Source: Candidatus Spongiisociaceae bacterium (GTDB lineage Bacteria > Actinomycetota > Acidimicrobiia > Spongiisociales > Spongiisociaceae). From it: a DNA stretch of 64,000 nucleotides. This document shows positions 22,830 through 32,548 of this stretch, piece by piece. Under the pieces are notes generated by a model, which was not told the DNA's origin, ran no database searches, and saw nothing but the letters and a program-made list of their open reading frames with translations. Position numbers and translations under genes: made by a program. Position 1 is the first letter of the stretch. Each line of letters opens with the position of its first letter. The DNA lies in NCBI GenBank assembly GCA_965219685.1, contig CBDCOH010000002.1:1472001-1536000 (forward strand), written 5' to 3'.

Positions 22830-23688
22830 ACAGATCGGTGATCTTTACGCCGTGGCCGAGCGGCGGCGCCGAGAATGCCGACCGAGCCTCGCCGGGAACG
22901 AGCGCCAAAGCCTCCTCGGCTTCCGCTCCGTCGACAAAGAACCCGAAGAGAGCCGGACCGCTCCCCGACAGGAGAACCGACCGGCCCCAACGAAGCGCCA
23001 ACTCGGCCCGCCAGTCGTCGAGTAGGGGCTCGATGGTCCTGGCCGCTGGGTACAGGTCGTTGGCCAGGGATCCGTGGATCCGGATAGCGGGTGGCAGATC
23101 GGAACCCGAGACCCCCGGTCCCTTCGGTCCTCCCAACCGATCCCAGGTCCGGTACACCGCCGGGGTTTGGAGCCGGAAGGGCGGAACAGCCACCACCGTC
23201 ACAAACCCATTCTCTCCGTCGATGGCCGGACCGATCCGCTCACCGTACCCACTGATCCAGCGCTGACCCCCGTAGAGGCAGAACGTGACATCCGCACCGA
23301 CCGCCGCGGCTGCCTCGTCCACCCGGCCACGTCCTGCTCCGATCAAGTCGGTGTAAAGGGCCAGGGCTGCGGCGGCATCGGCACTGCCTCCTGCCAGGCC
23401 GGCCGCCACCGGGATACGCTTCCAGAGCTTCATCTCGACCCGCCGGCGGTCGCCGGATAGGTCGCGCAGGGCCTTAACGGCCTTCCATGCGAGGTTGGCT
23501 TCACCGGTCGGAAGGTCGGCGCCGTGAACGGACAGCCGGTCGGCGCCGGACTCCTCCATGGTCAGGATGTCATGCCACCCTATCGACTGTGTCAGGCCGC
23601 GCACCGGATGTAGACCGGAACTGTCTGCGGGGCGAACCTCAAGCGACAGGTTGAGTTTCGCCGGCGCGACGGCCCTGGAGCTAGCCAT
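22828..23688 (-). CDS. ispE: 4-diphosphocytidyl-2-C-methyl-D-erythritol kinase
   Basis: APAKLNL, KRIPVAAGLAGGSADAAA, GADV, SGSGP. Confidence 0.95.
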   Translation of the reverse strand: MASSRAVAPAKLNLSLEVRPADSSGLHPVRGLTQSIGWHDILTMEESGADRLSVHGADLPTGEANLAWKAVKALRDLSGDRRRVEMKLWKRIPVAAGLAGGSADAAAALALYTDLIGAGRGRVDEAAAAVGADVTFCLYGGQRWISGYGERIGPAIDGENGFVTVVAVPPFRLQTPAVYRTWDRLGGPKGPGVSGSDLPPAIRIHGSLANDLYPAARTIEPLLDDWRAELALRWGRSVLLSGSGPALFGFFVDGAEAEEALALVPGEARSAFSAPPLGHGVKITDL

Positions 23689-24509
23689 CAGACCCCGCAG
23701 CCGACAGCTGTCGCAAGTGCAAGGTACCCCTCGGCGTCGAGGTCCTCAGCCCGGAGGGTCGGATCGATCCCGGCCCCCGCCAGCGTGTCGGGGATCGAAC
23801 CCGCTATCACCGGCCTCAGCGACGATCGAAGCATCTTGCGGCGTTGAGCGAACCCGGCCGCAGCCAGGCGCACGGCGAGATCCCGTCTCGAGCCGGGAGC
23901 GGCGCTGCGGTCCACGACCACCACGGCCGACTCGACATTGGGATTCGGCAGGAATACCTGGGGACCCACCCGGAACGCCAGGCGCGCAGCACCGTAAAGT
24001 GCCACTACCACACTCGGCAATCCGTATCGCTTGGATCCCCGCCCAGCCGTCAACCGCTCCGCTACCTCGCGCTGGACCATGACCACGCATCGCTCCAATC
24101 CCGGCGCCCGGCGCAGGAGATCGAGCAGGATCGAGGTTCCCACCTGGTATGGAAGGTTCGAGACCATGACCCACCTCTGTCCCGGTCCGAACTCGGAGTA
24201 GTCGAGCGCTGCGGCGTCCCGGAAACGGATGTCCACTTCAAGACCATCCAGCGCCTCCGAGATCAACGGACTCAGGCGCCGGTCGATCTCGAACCCGGTA
24301 ACTGCAAACCCGGCCTCGGCCAGGGCCCTGGTAAGCGTTCCCGTCCCGACACCGATCTCGAGCGCACGGGTACCGGTCGGGTCGCCGGCCAGAGCAACGA
24401 TCTTCGCGATGATGTTGGGATCGGCCAGGAAATGCTGCCCGAGCCGTTTGCGTGGCGTCAACCCATGTCGCGCCAGCAAGCCTCTGATCTCGGACCGGGT
24501 CTGGGTCAC
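23688..24509 (-). CDS. rsmA: 16S rRNA m6,2A dimethyltransferase
   Basis: KRLGQHFL, EIGVGTG, NLPY, MVQREVAER, QRRKMLR. Confidence 0.96.
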   Translation of the reverse strand: MTQTRSEIRGLLARHGLTPRKRLGQHFLADPNIIAKIVALAGDPTGTRALEIGVGTGTLTRALAEAGFAVTGFEIDRRLSPLISEALDGLEVDIRFRDAAALDYSEFGPGQRWVMVSNLPYQVGTSILLDLLRRAPGLERCVVMVQREVAERLTAGRGSKRYGLPSVVVALYGAARLAFRVGPQVFLPNPNVESAVVVVDRSAAPGSRRDLAVRLAAAGFAQRRKMLRSSLRPVIAGSIPDTLAGAGIDPTLRAEDLDAEGYLALATAVGCGV

Positions 24510-25255
24510 AGACCGAACACCGTCGCAGCACGGTCGCTGGTGAGCCGGGCGACCTCGCTTCTGTCGACGCCCCAGACTCGTGCCAGGGCCTCCCCCACCA
24601 GCGCGACGTACGCCGGCTCGTTCAGCTCCCCCCGATGGGGCACGGGCGCCAGGTATGGAGTGTCGGTCTCGACCAGCACCCGGTCCGGGGGAATCACCGC
24701 CGCCCCGCGGCGAACCGTGTCGCCCGTCTCGAAAGTCACGGGACCCGCGAAGGAGAACGTGACCCCGAGTTCGCTGAACCTCCTGGACCACCTGGGTCCC
24801 CCGGTCCAGCAGTGCATCACGACCCACGCCCCCGCGCCCCCCCGTTCGAGGAGCTCATGGATCTGGCGGAAGGCGTCCCGGCAGTGGACGACGAGCGGCT
24901 TCCCCAACTCCATGGCGATCCGGTGGTGCGCCGCGAAACTCTCCAACTGTGCTGCGCGAGGCGCCAGATTCCGGTAGAAGTCCAGACCGGTCTCTCCGAC
25001 CGCCACGGCCTCGTGCATCAGCACCAGCAGGTCCTCCCTCTCCACACTCCACTTGGCCGCATCGTGAGGGTGGAGACCGGCAGTGAACGCCACCCGGCCC
25101 GCATGCCGGCGCGAGAGCGCGCGAGCGGCGCGGCTGGAAGCGAGGTCGACACCCGGGACGATCACATCCCGCACGTCTGTTGCTCGCTCCAGCAGGAGCT
25201 CAGGGTCCCGTCCGTCGAGTTGGAGGTGGCAGTGTGTATCTACCCATCGACCCAT
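24506..25255 (-). CDS. tatD: TatD family DNase
   Basis: DTHCH, GLHPH, VGETGLD, HCR, HCW, ETDTPYLAP. Confidence 0.95.
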   Translation of the reverse strand: MGRWVDTHCHLQLDGRDPELLLERATDVRDVIVPGVDLASSRAARALSRRHAGRVAFTAGLHPHDAAKWSVEREDLLVLMHEAVAVGETGLDFYRNLAPRAAQLESFAAHHRIAMELGKPLVVHCRDAFRQIHELLERGGAGAWVVMHCWTGGPRWSRRFSELGVTFSFAGPVTFETGDTVRRGAAVIPPDRVLVETDTPYLAPVPHRGELNEPAYVALVGEALARVWGVDRSEVARLTSDRAATVFGL

Positions 25256-25280
25256 GGGGAGAGCGTAGCTACCGCGGGCC

Positions 25281-25329
25281 TAGTGAATGGTGAATGGTGA
25301 GTGGTGAATGGTGAATGGTGGCTGGTGAT
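25281..25329. repeat. Heptamer array (TGGTGAA/TGGTGAG), about 7 units
   Basis: Read directly; just upstream of the tatD -10 box TACGCT. Confidence 0.9.
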
Positions 25330-25399
25330 GAACGACTCATTGGTGGAGGTCACTTTGATCCCGGCAACGGACAACGGAAACCGACCACCGGCTGGGTGC

Positions 25400-26230
25400 T
25401 CAGGAGCGGCGCTCCTTCAGTACGGCCTCGTACAGGGCCCTGCGGCCGAGGCCGAGCGCGTCGGCCACAGTTCGGACCGCTTGGGACATGGGCTCTCCTT
25501 CTCCCTTGCGCGCCGCTACCTCGGCCACCGCGTGTCCCATCGGGGTGGTGGAACCCGGCCACCCGGCGATGACCAATGTGAACTCCCCCCTCGGAGGCCG
25601 GCGCCGCCACTCTGCCTCGGCCTCTTCGAGGGTTCCCGACCACACCTCCTCGTGTGCCTTGGTCAGCTCGCGGACGACGGTCACGCGGCGGCCACCCCCT
25701 AACGCCGTTACCAGCGACGAGAGGTCGGCCCTGACCCGGGCGGTCGGAGAGAACAGCACGATCGTCCGGCTCTCCGCGGCCAACTCCTCGAGGCGCCGCG
25801 ATCTCTCCCCACCCTTCCGGGGCAGGAACCCCTCGAAGGCGAAACGTTCCGACGGGAGACCAGATACGGCCAGCGCCGCGACCACCGCACTGGGTCCCGG
25901 AACGACCGAGACTGCCGCGCCCACCCGCCGAGCCTCCCGCACCGCGGAGAAGCCGGGATCGCAAACGGTCGGCATCCCGGCATCGGCCAGCAGCGCGACC
26001 GTCGCGCCTTGCTCCAGCCAGAGGGCCAACCGCGCCCGGCGGCCGGCCTCGTTGCCTGCGAAGTAGGACCGGGGCACGGTGGCCACACCCAGATGGTTCA
26101 GCAGGACCCGGGCCCGTCTGGTGTCCTCGGCGAATACCACGTCGGCCTGGCCCAGGACCTCCCCCAGCCGTGGGGACGCATCTCCGAGATGACCGATCGG
26201 GGTGCCGCACAGGACCAACCGGCCGGTCAT
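25400..26230 (-). CDS. rsmI: 16S rRNA C1402 2'-O-methyltransferase
   Basis: GTPIG.L.D, AEDTR, DAGMP...DPG, PGPSA, FEGFLP, RELTK.HEE. Confidence 0.95.
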   Translation of the reverse strand: MTGRLVLCGTPIGHLGDASPRLGEVLGQADVVFAEDTRRARVLLNHLGVATVPRSYFAGNEAGRRARLALWLEQGATVALLADAGMPTVCDPGFSAVREARRVGAAVSVVPGPSAVVAALAVSGLPSERFAFEGFLPRKGGERSRRLEELAAESRTIVLFSPTARVRADLSSLVTALGGGRRVTVVRELTKAHEEVWSGTLEEAEAEWRRRPPRGEFTLVIAGWPGSTTPMGHAVAEVAARKGEGEPMSQAVRTVADALGLGRRALYEAVLKERRS

Positions 26231-27681
26231 GAGTCGGCCAGTCCGAGCTGGGAGCTGACCGATCGCCCCGCCACTGGATCCGATGCCAGCACGAGGGTGA
26301 TCTCCCCCAGATCCCACAGGAGGATCGCGTAGTCGGCGCCTTCCACCCACTCGGTCACCGTATCCACGACGCGGGAGGGACCGACGTCCATGCCGGACGT
26401 TATGAGTTCCCGGATCGCGGTGATCATCTCGGCCTCGTCGGCAAACGAGTCAGCCGAGTAGCGCACCGCGAACACGACGTCCTCGGAGACCGGATGCCAG
26501 AGCATAACGTAGTGGTCCCCACCCCAACCCTCGGCTGCTCGGGCGGCGTTGACCGGGCCGCTGTGGTGCTCCAACAATGTGCGCCAGCGTCGCTCTCCCC
26601 AGGTGCCCTCCTCCACGACCACATAGCCTTCGGCCGAGAGGCGCAGCGGGTCGACGGAGACGGGCGAGTCTTGGTTGCGGTACCTGGCGAGATGCATGAC
26701 CTGCTCGGTCGACTCGGGTGGGTGATCCATTGCCTGGTCGAGAGCAGCCATGCCCCCCAGCCCGTACAACTCGGTTGCGAGCGAGGACCCGGCGCGATAC
26801 GGGAACCGGGCGAGTTCGAGGAGCATCGTAGGAACTCCGTCACGTGACAGTCGGCCACGTTCAGCGGCCTGCCTCGCGACCTCCGCTCTCCGCTCGGGTG
26901 GGAGGGCGTCGAGGTACAGCGACTGTACCAAGAGGGCCTCGCCTTCGAGCAGGGCGACACGGGCCGCAGTCCGATCCGGATCCGTCCCCACTCCCCGAAC
27001 GCTTCCCACCAGGAGCGGTTCGTGCTGGTGGGCCAGGGCATGCACGAGTTCGCCCACCAGCACCCACTGCTGGTACTCGTCCAGTGGATCTCCTCCGCCC
27101 GGAACAACGACGGTCGCGCGCGCGAAGTCGTAGAAAGGTGCGGACACCGGCGGATCGAGGGCAGACGCGGCCTGCTGAAAGACACCCGAGTCGTCGGGGG
27201 CCAGCCCCACCAGCTCCAGCAAGGCAAGGTGACGCCGGAGCTCATCGCGACGGGGAGCGCCCGGACTGGATGGGTACCGCTCGGACAGCTCGTCCGCCGT
27301 CATCGGTTCGAATGTCGGCCGGCGATGGAAGGCGCGGCCCCGAAGGTTCTCCGTGATCGACATCAACTCCGCGACCTGGGTTGCCTGCGCTTGGGGTAGC
27401 GACCAGGGAAGCATCGTCGTGGTGGTGGAGGTGGTCGTGGCGATGGAGGAGGCGGTGGTGGACACCTGGGCGTTGCTCTTGGCCTGGCTGGTGGCGCTGC
27501 CGGAAGACGGGCTGGTGGCATCCGGCGACGCCGTGCCGGTTACGTCGGCGGACGACGTACCAGCGTCGGCCCCAGGGGATTCCACCTCGGTGGAGACCGA
27601 GCGACAACCGGTTGCGATGGTGGTTAACACCACTGAAAGAACCATCACTGCGAGCCGGCCGCGGGCGGAGAGAATGGTCAT
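26227..27681 (-). CDS. Putative lipoprotein with a Ser/Thr-rich linker and a zincin-like surface domain
   Basis: Lipobox-like IATGC, S/T-rich tract, then ELVHAL..QH, ALLEGEA, FPY..G, PP.STEQV.H, AAEGWGGD. Confidence 0.75.
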   Translation of the reverse strand: MTILSARGRLAVMVLSVVLTTIATGCRSVSTEVESPGADAGTSSADVTGTASPDATSPSSGSATSQAKSNAQVSTTASSIATTTSTTTTMLPWSLPQAQATQVAELMSITENLRGRAFHRRPTFEPMTADELSERYPSSPGAPRRDELRRHLALLELVGLAPDDSGVFQQAASALDPPVSAPFYDFARATVVVPGGGDPLDEYQQWVLVGELVHALAHQHEPLLVGSVRGVGTDPDRTAARVALLEGEALLVQSLYLDALPPERRAEVARQAAERGRLSRDGVPTMLLELARFPYRAGSSLATELYGLGGMAALDQAMDHPPESTEQVMHLARYRNQDSPVSVDPLRLSAEGYVVVEEGTWGERRWRTLLEHHSGPVNAARAAEGWGGDHYVMLWHPVSEDVVFAVRYSADSFADEAEMITAIRELITSGMDVGPSRVVDTVTEWVEGADYAILLWDLGEITLVLASDPVAGRSVSSQLGLADS

Positions 27682-27748
27682 GGAACCGTCGAGCCTAACC
27701 CCGATACAACCCGGCGTAGGATAACCGTATGCCGGATTGTGGAACCCG

Positions 27749-29122
27749 ATGCGGGTCGCCCTGATCTCCACGTACGAACTCGGTCGCCAGCCGATCCACC
27801 TAGCCTCCCCCGCCGCCCTACTCAGGGACCACGGCCATGATGTGAGGACGCTCGACCTGGCGGTCGAACCCTGGGACGACGGATTGGTCGCCTGGGCCGA
27901 GGCGATCGCGTTCAGCACGCCCATGCATACAGCTCTCCGGCTTGCGACTGCCGCCGCCAGCCGGGTCAAGGCGGGCCGGATAGGCCTCCCTCTCGCGGCC
28001 TATGGCCTGTACGCCTCCGTGGCGGGTACGGAAGGGCCGTTCGACCGCGCAATCGCCGGTGAGTACGAGCACCAACTACTCGAATGGGTCGGATCGCTCG
28101 AGCACGGGATCCCTGCGACGGGAACCACCACCTACCGGGGTCGCTCGGCGTTCCGGGTACCGGATCGGTCCGGGCTGCCCGCCCTTGATACGTACGCTCG
28201 GCTGCAATGCGGCCAGGACTCCGTATTGGTCGGATCGGTCGAGGCGAGCCACGGCTGCAGGCACGAGTGCCGTCACTGCCCCCTACCGACTGTCTACGGG
28301 GGACGATTCCGGGCGGTTCCCACCGACACCGTGCTCTCCGACATAGAGCGCCTGGTGGAGGCAGGAGCAGGCCATATCACCTTCGGCGACGCGGACTTCT
28401 TCAACGGACCCAGGCACTCGCTCCGAATCGCTACCGAGATGCACCGCCGCTGGCCGCATCTGACCTACGACGCAACCATCAAGGTGGAGCACCTGCGACA
28501 GTACGAGCGCGACCTGGTGACCCTCGTGGAAACCGGGTGCCTGTTCGTTGTCTCCGCCTTCGAGGTGCTGAACGATCGCATCCTCTCGATCCTCGACAAG
28601 GGCCACACCGCCGCCGATGCCTCCCTGGTCGTACATACGAGCCGCCGGGTCGGATTCGAGGTGCGACCCACCTGGCTCCCCTTCACGCCGTGGACATCGA
28701 TCGACGATGTTGCGGACATCTTCTCCTTCGTGGTCTCCCATGACCTGGTCGACCTGACCGACCCGGTCCAGTTGAGCATCCGCCTGCTCGTGCCGCGCGG
28801 CTCCCTTCTGGCGGAGCATCCGGCCTTCCTCCCTTACCGCGGCGACTATGACAACGCTCGGGCCACCTACCGGTGGCAATCCCCCGATCGGCGCGTCGAC
28901 AGCCTGGCCGATGAACTCGCAGAGCTGGCCGAGGAAGGAACCCACGTGCCACCGCGCACCACCTTCGCGCGGATGTGGCGCAGTACGTTGATTGCAACCG
29001 GCCTCGACCCCGGGCCTGCCGACTCGATTCCCCAGGGAGCGACCGTCGGCAGGCCGCGCCTCACCGAACCCTGGTTCTGCTGAGCGGAACCAACCGCGGA
29101 CCAGTTCGGTCCGCTCCGCTAG
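27749..29122 (+). CDS. CUAEP/CCAEP-tail radical SAM protein, probable selenoprotein (in-frame UGA at 29081)
   Basis: STYELGRQP N-terminus, CRHECRHC motif, HITFGDADFFN; C-terminus EPWFC-TGA-AEPTADQFGPLR-TAG. Confidence 0.88.
29084..29119 (+). promoter_or_regulatory. Putative bacterial SECIS element
   Basis: Upper stem GCGGACC/GGTCCGC with loop AGTTC about 20 nt after the UGA; lower stem GCGGA/TCCGC. Confidence 0.7.
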
Positions 29123-29236
29123 TGAATGGTGAATGGTGAATGGTGAAGTTCTAACCAATCACCACTCACCAATCACCACTCACCACTCACCACTCACCAC
29201 TCACCACTCACCACTCACCACTCACCACTCACCACT
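29120..29236. repeat. Head-to-head heptamer array: (TRGTGAA)x4, core, (CAMTCAC)x~11
   Basis: Read directly; fills the gap between two convergent stop codons. Confidence 0.95.
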
Positions 29237-29238
29237 TT

Positions 29239-30684
29239 CTACCAGGCCACGTACTTCAGTTCGAGGTACTCCTCCATGCCGTGGTGGCTGCCCTCGCGCC
29301 CGATTCCGGACTGCTTCACCCCCCCGAACGGGGCAGCCGGGTCGGAGATGAGACCTCTGTTGAGGGCGACCATGCCGGACTCGATCGCCTCGGCCATCCG
29401 GAAGCCGCGGTTTATGTCAGAGGTGTAGACATAGGAGATCAGGCCATGCACCGTGTCGTTGGCCGCGTCGACCACCTCCTCCTCGGTATCGAAGGACACG
29501 ACCGGTGCCACAGGCCCGAAGATCTCATGGTCGAGGATCGTCGAGTCGGGGGACACCTCGGACAGAACGGTGGGCTCGTAGAAGTACCCGGGGCGATCCG
29601 GTGCTCGGCCCCCGGTCCTCACCGTGGCGTCACCGTCCACGGCTCCGGTTACCAGCGAGTCGATCTTCTCAATCGCCTGGGCATTGATCATCGGCCCCAC
29701 CTGGTTGGAGCGATCGATCCCCGGACCCATCCGCAGGACGGACATCGCTTCGGTCAGGCGTGAGGTGAATGCCTCGGATATGCCGCCCTGCACGTAGAAG
29801 CGATTGGCGGCCACGCAGGTCTCGCCCGCGTTGCGCATCTTGGCGAGCATTGCTCCTTCGATGGCGGCGTCGAGGTCGGCGTCGTCGAACACGACGAACG
29901 GTGCGTTGCCGCCCAACTCCATGCTGGTACGCATTATGCGGCTTCCGGCCTTGGCCATGAGCAGCTGCCCCACCTCGGTCGAACCGGTGAACGACAGCTT
30001 CCTGACCCTCGGGTCCTCCAGGATCGTGTCCACAACCCCCGACGAGCCGCGAGCGGTCACCACGTTCACGACTCCGGGAGGTAGACCGGAGTCGGCAAGG
30101 ATGTCCGCCACTGCCAGGGCGGACAGCGGGGTGTCCGAAGCGGGCTTGAGGATGGTCGTGCAGCCCGCCGCCAGGGCCGGACCGAGTTTGCGGGTCGCCA
30201 TCGCCGACGGGAAATTCCAAGGGGTCACCATGAGGGAAATCCCCACCGGTTCGGGCGCCACGATGATGCGCTTGTCGCCGGCCGGAGCAGTCCGGAACTC
30301 GCCGATGATGCGTACTGCCTCCTCGGAGAACCAGCGGAAGAACTCGGCCGCGTACCTGACCTCTCCCAAGGCATCGGCATAGGTCTTGCCGTTTTCCAGG
30401 ACTATCAACTCGGCCAGTTGTTCCTCCCGGGTCAGCATCTTCTCGTAGGATCGTCGAAGGATCTCGCTGCGCAAGCGGGGAGCCGTTGCCGCCCAAGCGG
30501 GGGCCGCTTCCGCGGCGGCGTCGACCGCAGACCTCGCCTGGTCGTGCCCCGCCGTCGAGACAGCGGCCAGCACCTGTTCGGTGGCCGGATCTATCACATC
30601 GAGTTCGCTGATCCCCTCCGCCCACTCGCCACCGATGTGAAGTCCGGTCTTGGGGCCTCGCAACAGTTCGTCAACTACCGTCAT
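29239..30684 (-). CDS. gabD: NAD(P)-dependent succinate-semialdehyde dehydrogenase
   Basis: TPWNFP, SFTGST, MELGGNAPF, RNAGETC, EIFGP, PFGGVKQSGIGREG. Confidence 0.9.
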   Translation of the reverse strand: MTVVDELLRGPKTGLHIGGEWAEGISELDVIDPATEQVLAAVSTAGHDQARSAVDAAAEAAPAWAATAPRLRSEILRRSYEKMLTREEQLAELIVLENGKTYADALGEVRYAAEFFRWFSEEAVRIIGEFRTAPAGDKRIIVAPEPVGISLMVTPWNFPSAMATRKLGPALAAGCTTILKPASDTPLSALAVADILADSGLPPGVVNVVTARGSSGVVDTILEDPRVRKLSFTGSTEVGQLLMAKAGSRIMRTSMELGGNAPFVVFDDADLDAAIEGAMLAKMRNAGETCVAANRFYVQGGISEAFTSRLTEAMSVLRMGPGIDRSNQVGPMINAQAIEKIDSLVTGAVDGDATVRTGGRAPDRPGYFYEPTVLSEVSPDSTILDHEIFGPVAPVVSFDTEEEVVDAANDTVHGLISYVYTSDINRGFRMAEAIESGMVALNRGLISDPAAPFGGVKQSGIGREGSHHGMEEYLELKYVAW

Positions 30685-30711
30685 TCATTCCTCCTGTATG
30701 GCCGCCGGCGC

Positions 30712-32427
30712 TCAGATACCCAACGATCCGATCAAGTCGTCGGCGACTTGTCCAGCCTTCTCGACGAGAGGTTCCTCGAGTGCGAACGGGTCGCCCGATC
30801 CGGGAACCGGCATGTGTGCATCCACGTAGATCTTAAGCTTCGGCTCGGTCCCGCTCGGCCGCACGAGTACGCGAGTGCCGTCATCGAGGTCCAGGGATAT
30901 CAGAGAGGCCGCCCCCAACCATCTCGGACGTGACCGGGCGCCCACCCGGTAGTCGGTGGTACGGGCTACCCGGATCCCGGCCAGCCGCCCGGGTGGGGAG
31001 GTCCCCAGGTTCGCCATCGCCGTCCCGATGGCGGCCAAGCCCGCGGACCCTGGCCTCCGGACACTCCTCTGAACCGAGACCCAGAGCCCGTAGCGCCTGT
31101 AGAGGGCGGCCAGCCGCTCGCGCAGGGTCCGTCCACCCCCGCGACACAGGGCTGCGAGATCGGCCATCGCCAGAGCGGCCGACACACCGTCCTTGTCGCG
31201 TACAGCCGGACCGATCGAGTAGCCGAGCGCCTCCTCGAATCCGAACACGAACTCCGCCGCGCCGGCGGCCTCGATTTCGAGGGCGGCGTTGGCGATCCAC
31301 TTGAACCCGGTGAGGGTGGTCTCGAAGCGCGCTCCGTGGTGGGCGGCGATGACCCCGGCCATCGGTGAGCTGACGATCGAGTTGATGAGGAGCGGTGTGA
31401 CCCCATCGCAGCGGCGCGAGAGCAGGTAGTCGCCCAGGAGCACGCCCACCTGATTCCCGGTGAGCGAGAACCAACCTTCCGGGCCGGGTACCGCCACTGC
31501 AAGGCGATCAGCATCGGGATCGTTGGCGAGCACGAGGTCGGCATCTACCCGTTCCGCCAGGCTCAACGCGAGGTCGAGAGCGCCCGGCTCCTCAGGGTTG
31601 GGAAAGTCCACGGTTGGGAAAGCACCGTCCGGTTCCATCTGCTCCCGCACCGGATGGACATCGTGGTAACCGGCTTCCTCCAGTACTTCGCGGACGAAGC
31701 GCCAACCGACGCCGTGCATCGGGGTATACACGATCCGGAGGCTCGGATCACCGGCGCTCCCGGACCGGCCACTCGCGAGCGTCCTCCGGTAACGCTGCCA
31801 CAACTGCTTCCCGGTCGGGACCGCGCCCGGGTGGACACCATCCAATGCCTCCCCTAACCGCGGCACATCTCTCGCCCCACCTACCCGGTCGATGGCAGCG
31901 GAAATGGCCGAGTCGACCGGAGGGACGATCTGAGCGCCGTTGGCGTCGTAGACCTTGTAGCCGTTGTCCCGGGGGGGATTGTGGCTGGCAGTGATCATCA
32001 CGCCTGCGGATGCACCCAGTTCCCCGACCGCGTACGCGACGAGGGGGGTCGGAACGGGTCCGGGCCAGAATCGGACTGCGATGCCCGCCGCGACGAGCAC
32101 ACCGACCGTATCGGCCATGAATCGAAGGCTGGAGGTCCGGGCGTCCCGTCCCACCACGACAGGGCCTGGCAGGGAACCGGAGTGGCGCTCCAGCAGGAAG
32201 TCCGCCAGCCCACGGGTGGTCCTTATCACCGAGGCGCGGTTCATACGGTTGGACCCCGCCTCCACCATGCCGCGAATCCCGGCCGTGCCGAATGTCAGTG
32301 TCCCGTCCATGCGCTCCGCCAACTCGGCCGACTCACCTGACTCGAGAAGCGACTCGAGTTCCTCCCGGGTGGAAGGGTCGGGGTCGGCAGCGATCCAAGC
32401 ACGGGTCCGTTGCAAGAGGTCGTTCAT
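30712..32427 (-). CDS. Phospho-sugar mutase (phosphomannomutase/phosphoglucomutase)
   Basis: FGTAGIRG, TASHNP, DPDADR, FEEALG, RPSGTEPKLK. Confidence 0.95.
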   Translation of the reverse strand: MNDLLQRTRAWIAADPDPSTREELESLLESGESAELAERMDGTLTFGTAGIRGMVEAGSNRMNRASVIRTTRGLADFLLERHSGSLPGPVVVGRDARTSSLRFMADTVGVLVAAGIAVRFWPGPVPTPLVAYAVGELGASAGVMITASHNPPRDNGYKVYDANGAQIVPPVDSAISAAIDRVGGARDVPRLGEALDGVHPGAVPTGKQLWQRYRRTLASGRSGSAGDPSLRIVYTPMHGVGWRFVREVLEEAGYHDVHPVREQMEPDGAFPTVDFPNPEEPGALDLALSLAERVDADLVLANDPDADRLAVAVPGPEGWFSLTGNQVGVLLGDYLLSRRCDGVTPLLINSIVSSPMAGVIAAHHGARFETTLTGFKWIANAALEIEAAGAAEFVFGFEEALGYSIGPAVRDKDGVSAALAMADLAALCRGGGRTLRERLAALYRRYGLWVSVQRSVRRPGSAGLAAIGTAMANLGTSPPGRLAGIRVARTTDYRVGARSRPRWLGAASLISLDLDDGTRVLVRPSGTEPKLKIYVDAHMPVPGSGDPFALEEPLVEKAGQVADDLIGSLGI

Positions 32428-32429
32428 GG

Positions 32430-32548
32430 TTGATTGGTGAATGGTGAATGGTGAGTAGTGAATGGTAGCCGTCCACTGTCAGGCGCCGGGTTGTCAGGTG
32501 CCGGGTTCCAACCCCAGTCACCACTCACCAGTCACCACTCACCACCCC
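32430..32548. repeat. Head-to-head heptamer array (TGGTGAA arm, CASTCAC arm)
   Basis: TGGTGAA TGGTGAA TGGTGAG TAGTGAA ... CAGTCAC CACTCAC CAGTCAC CACTCAC. Confidence 0.85.
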
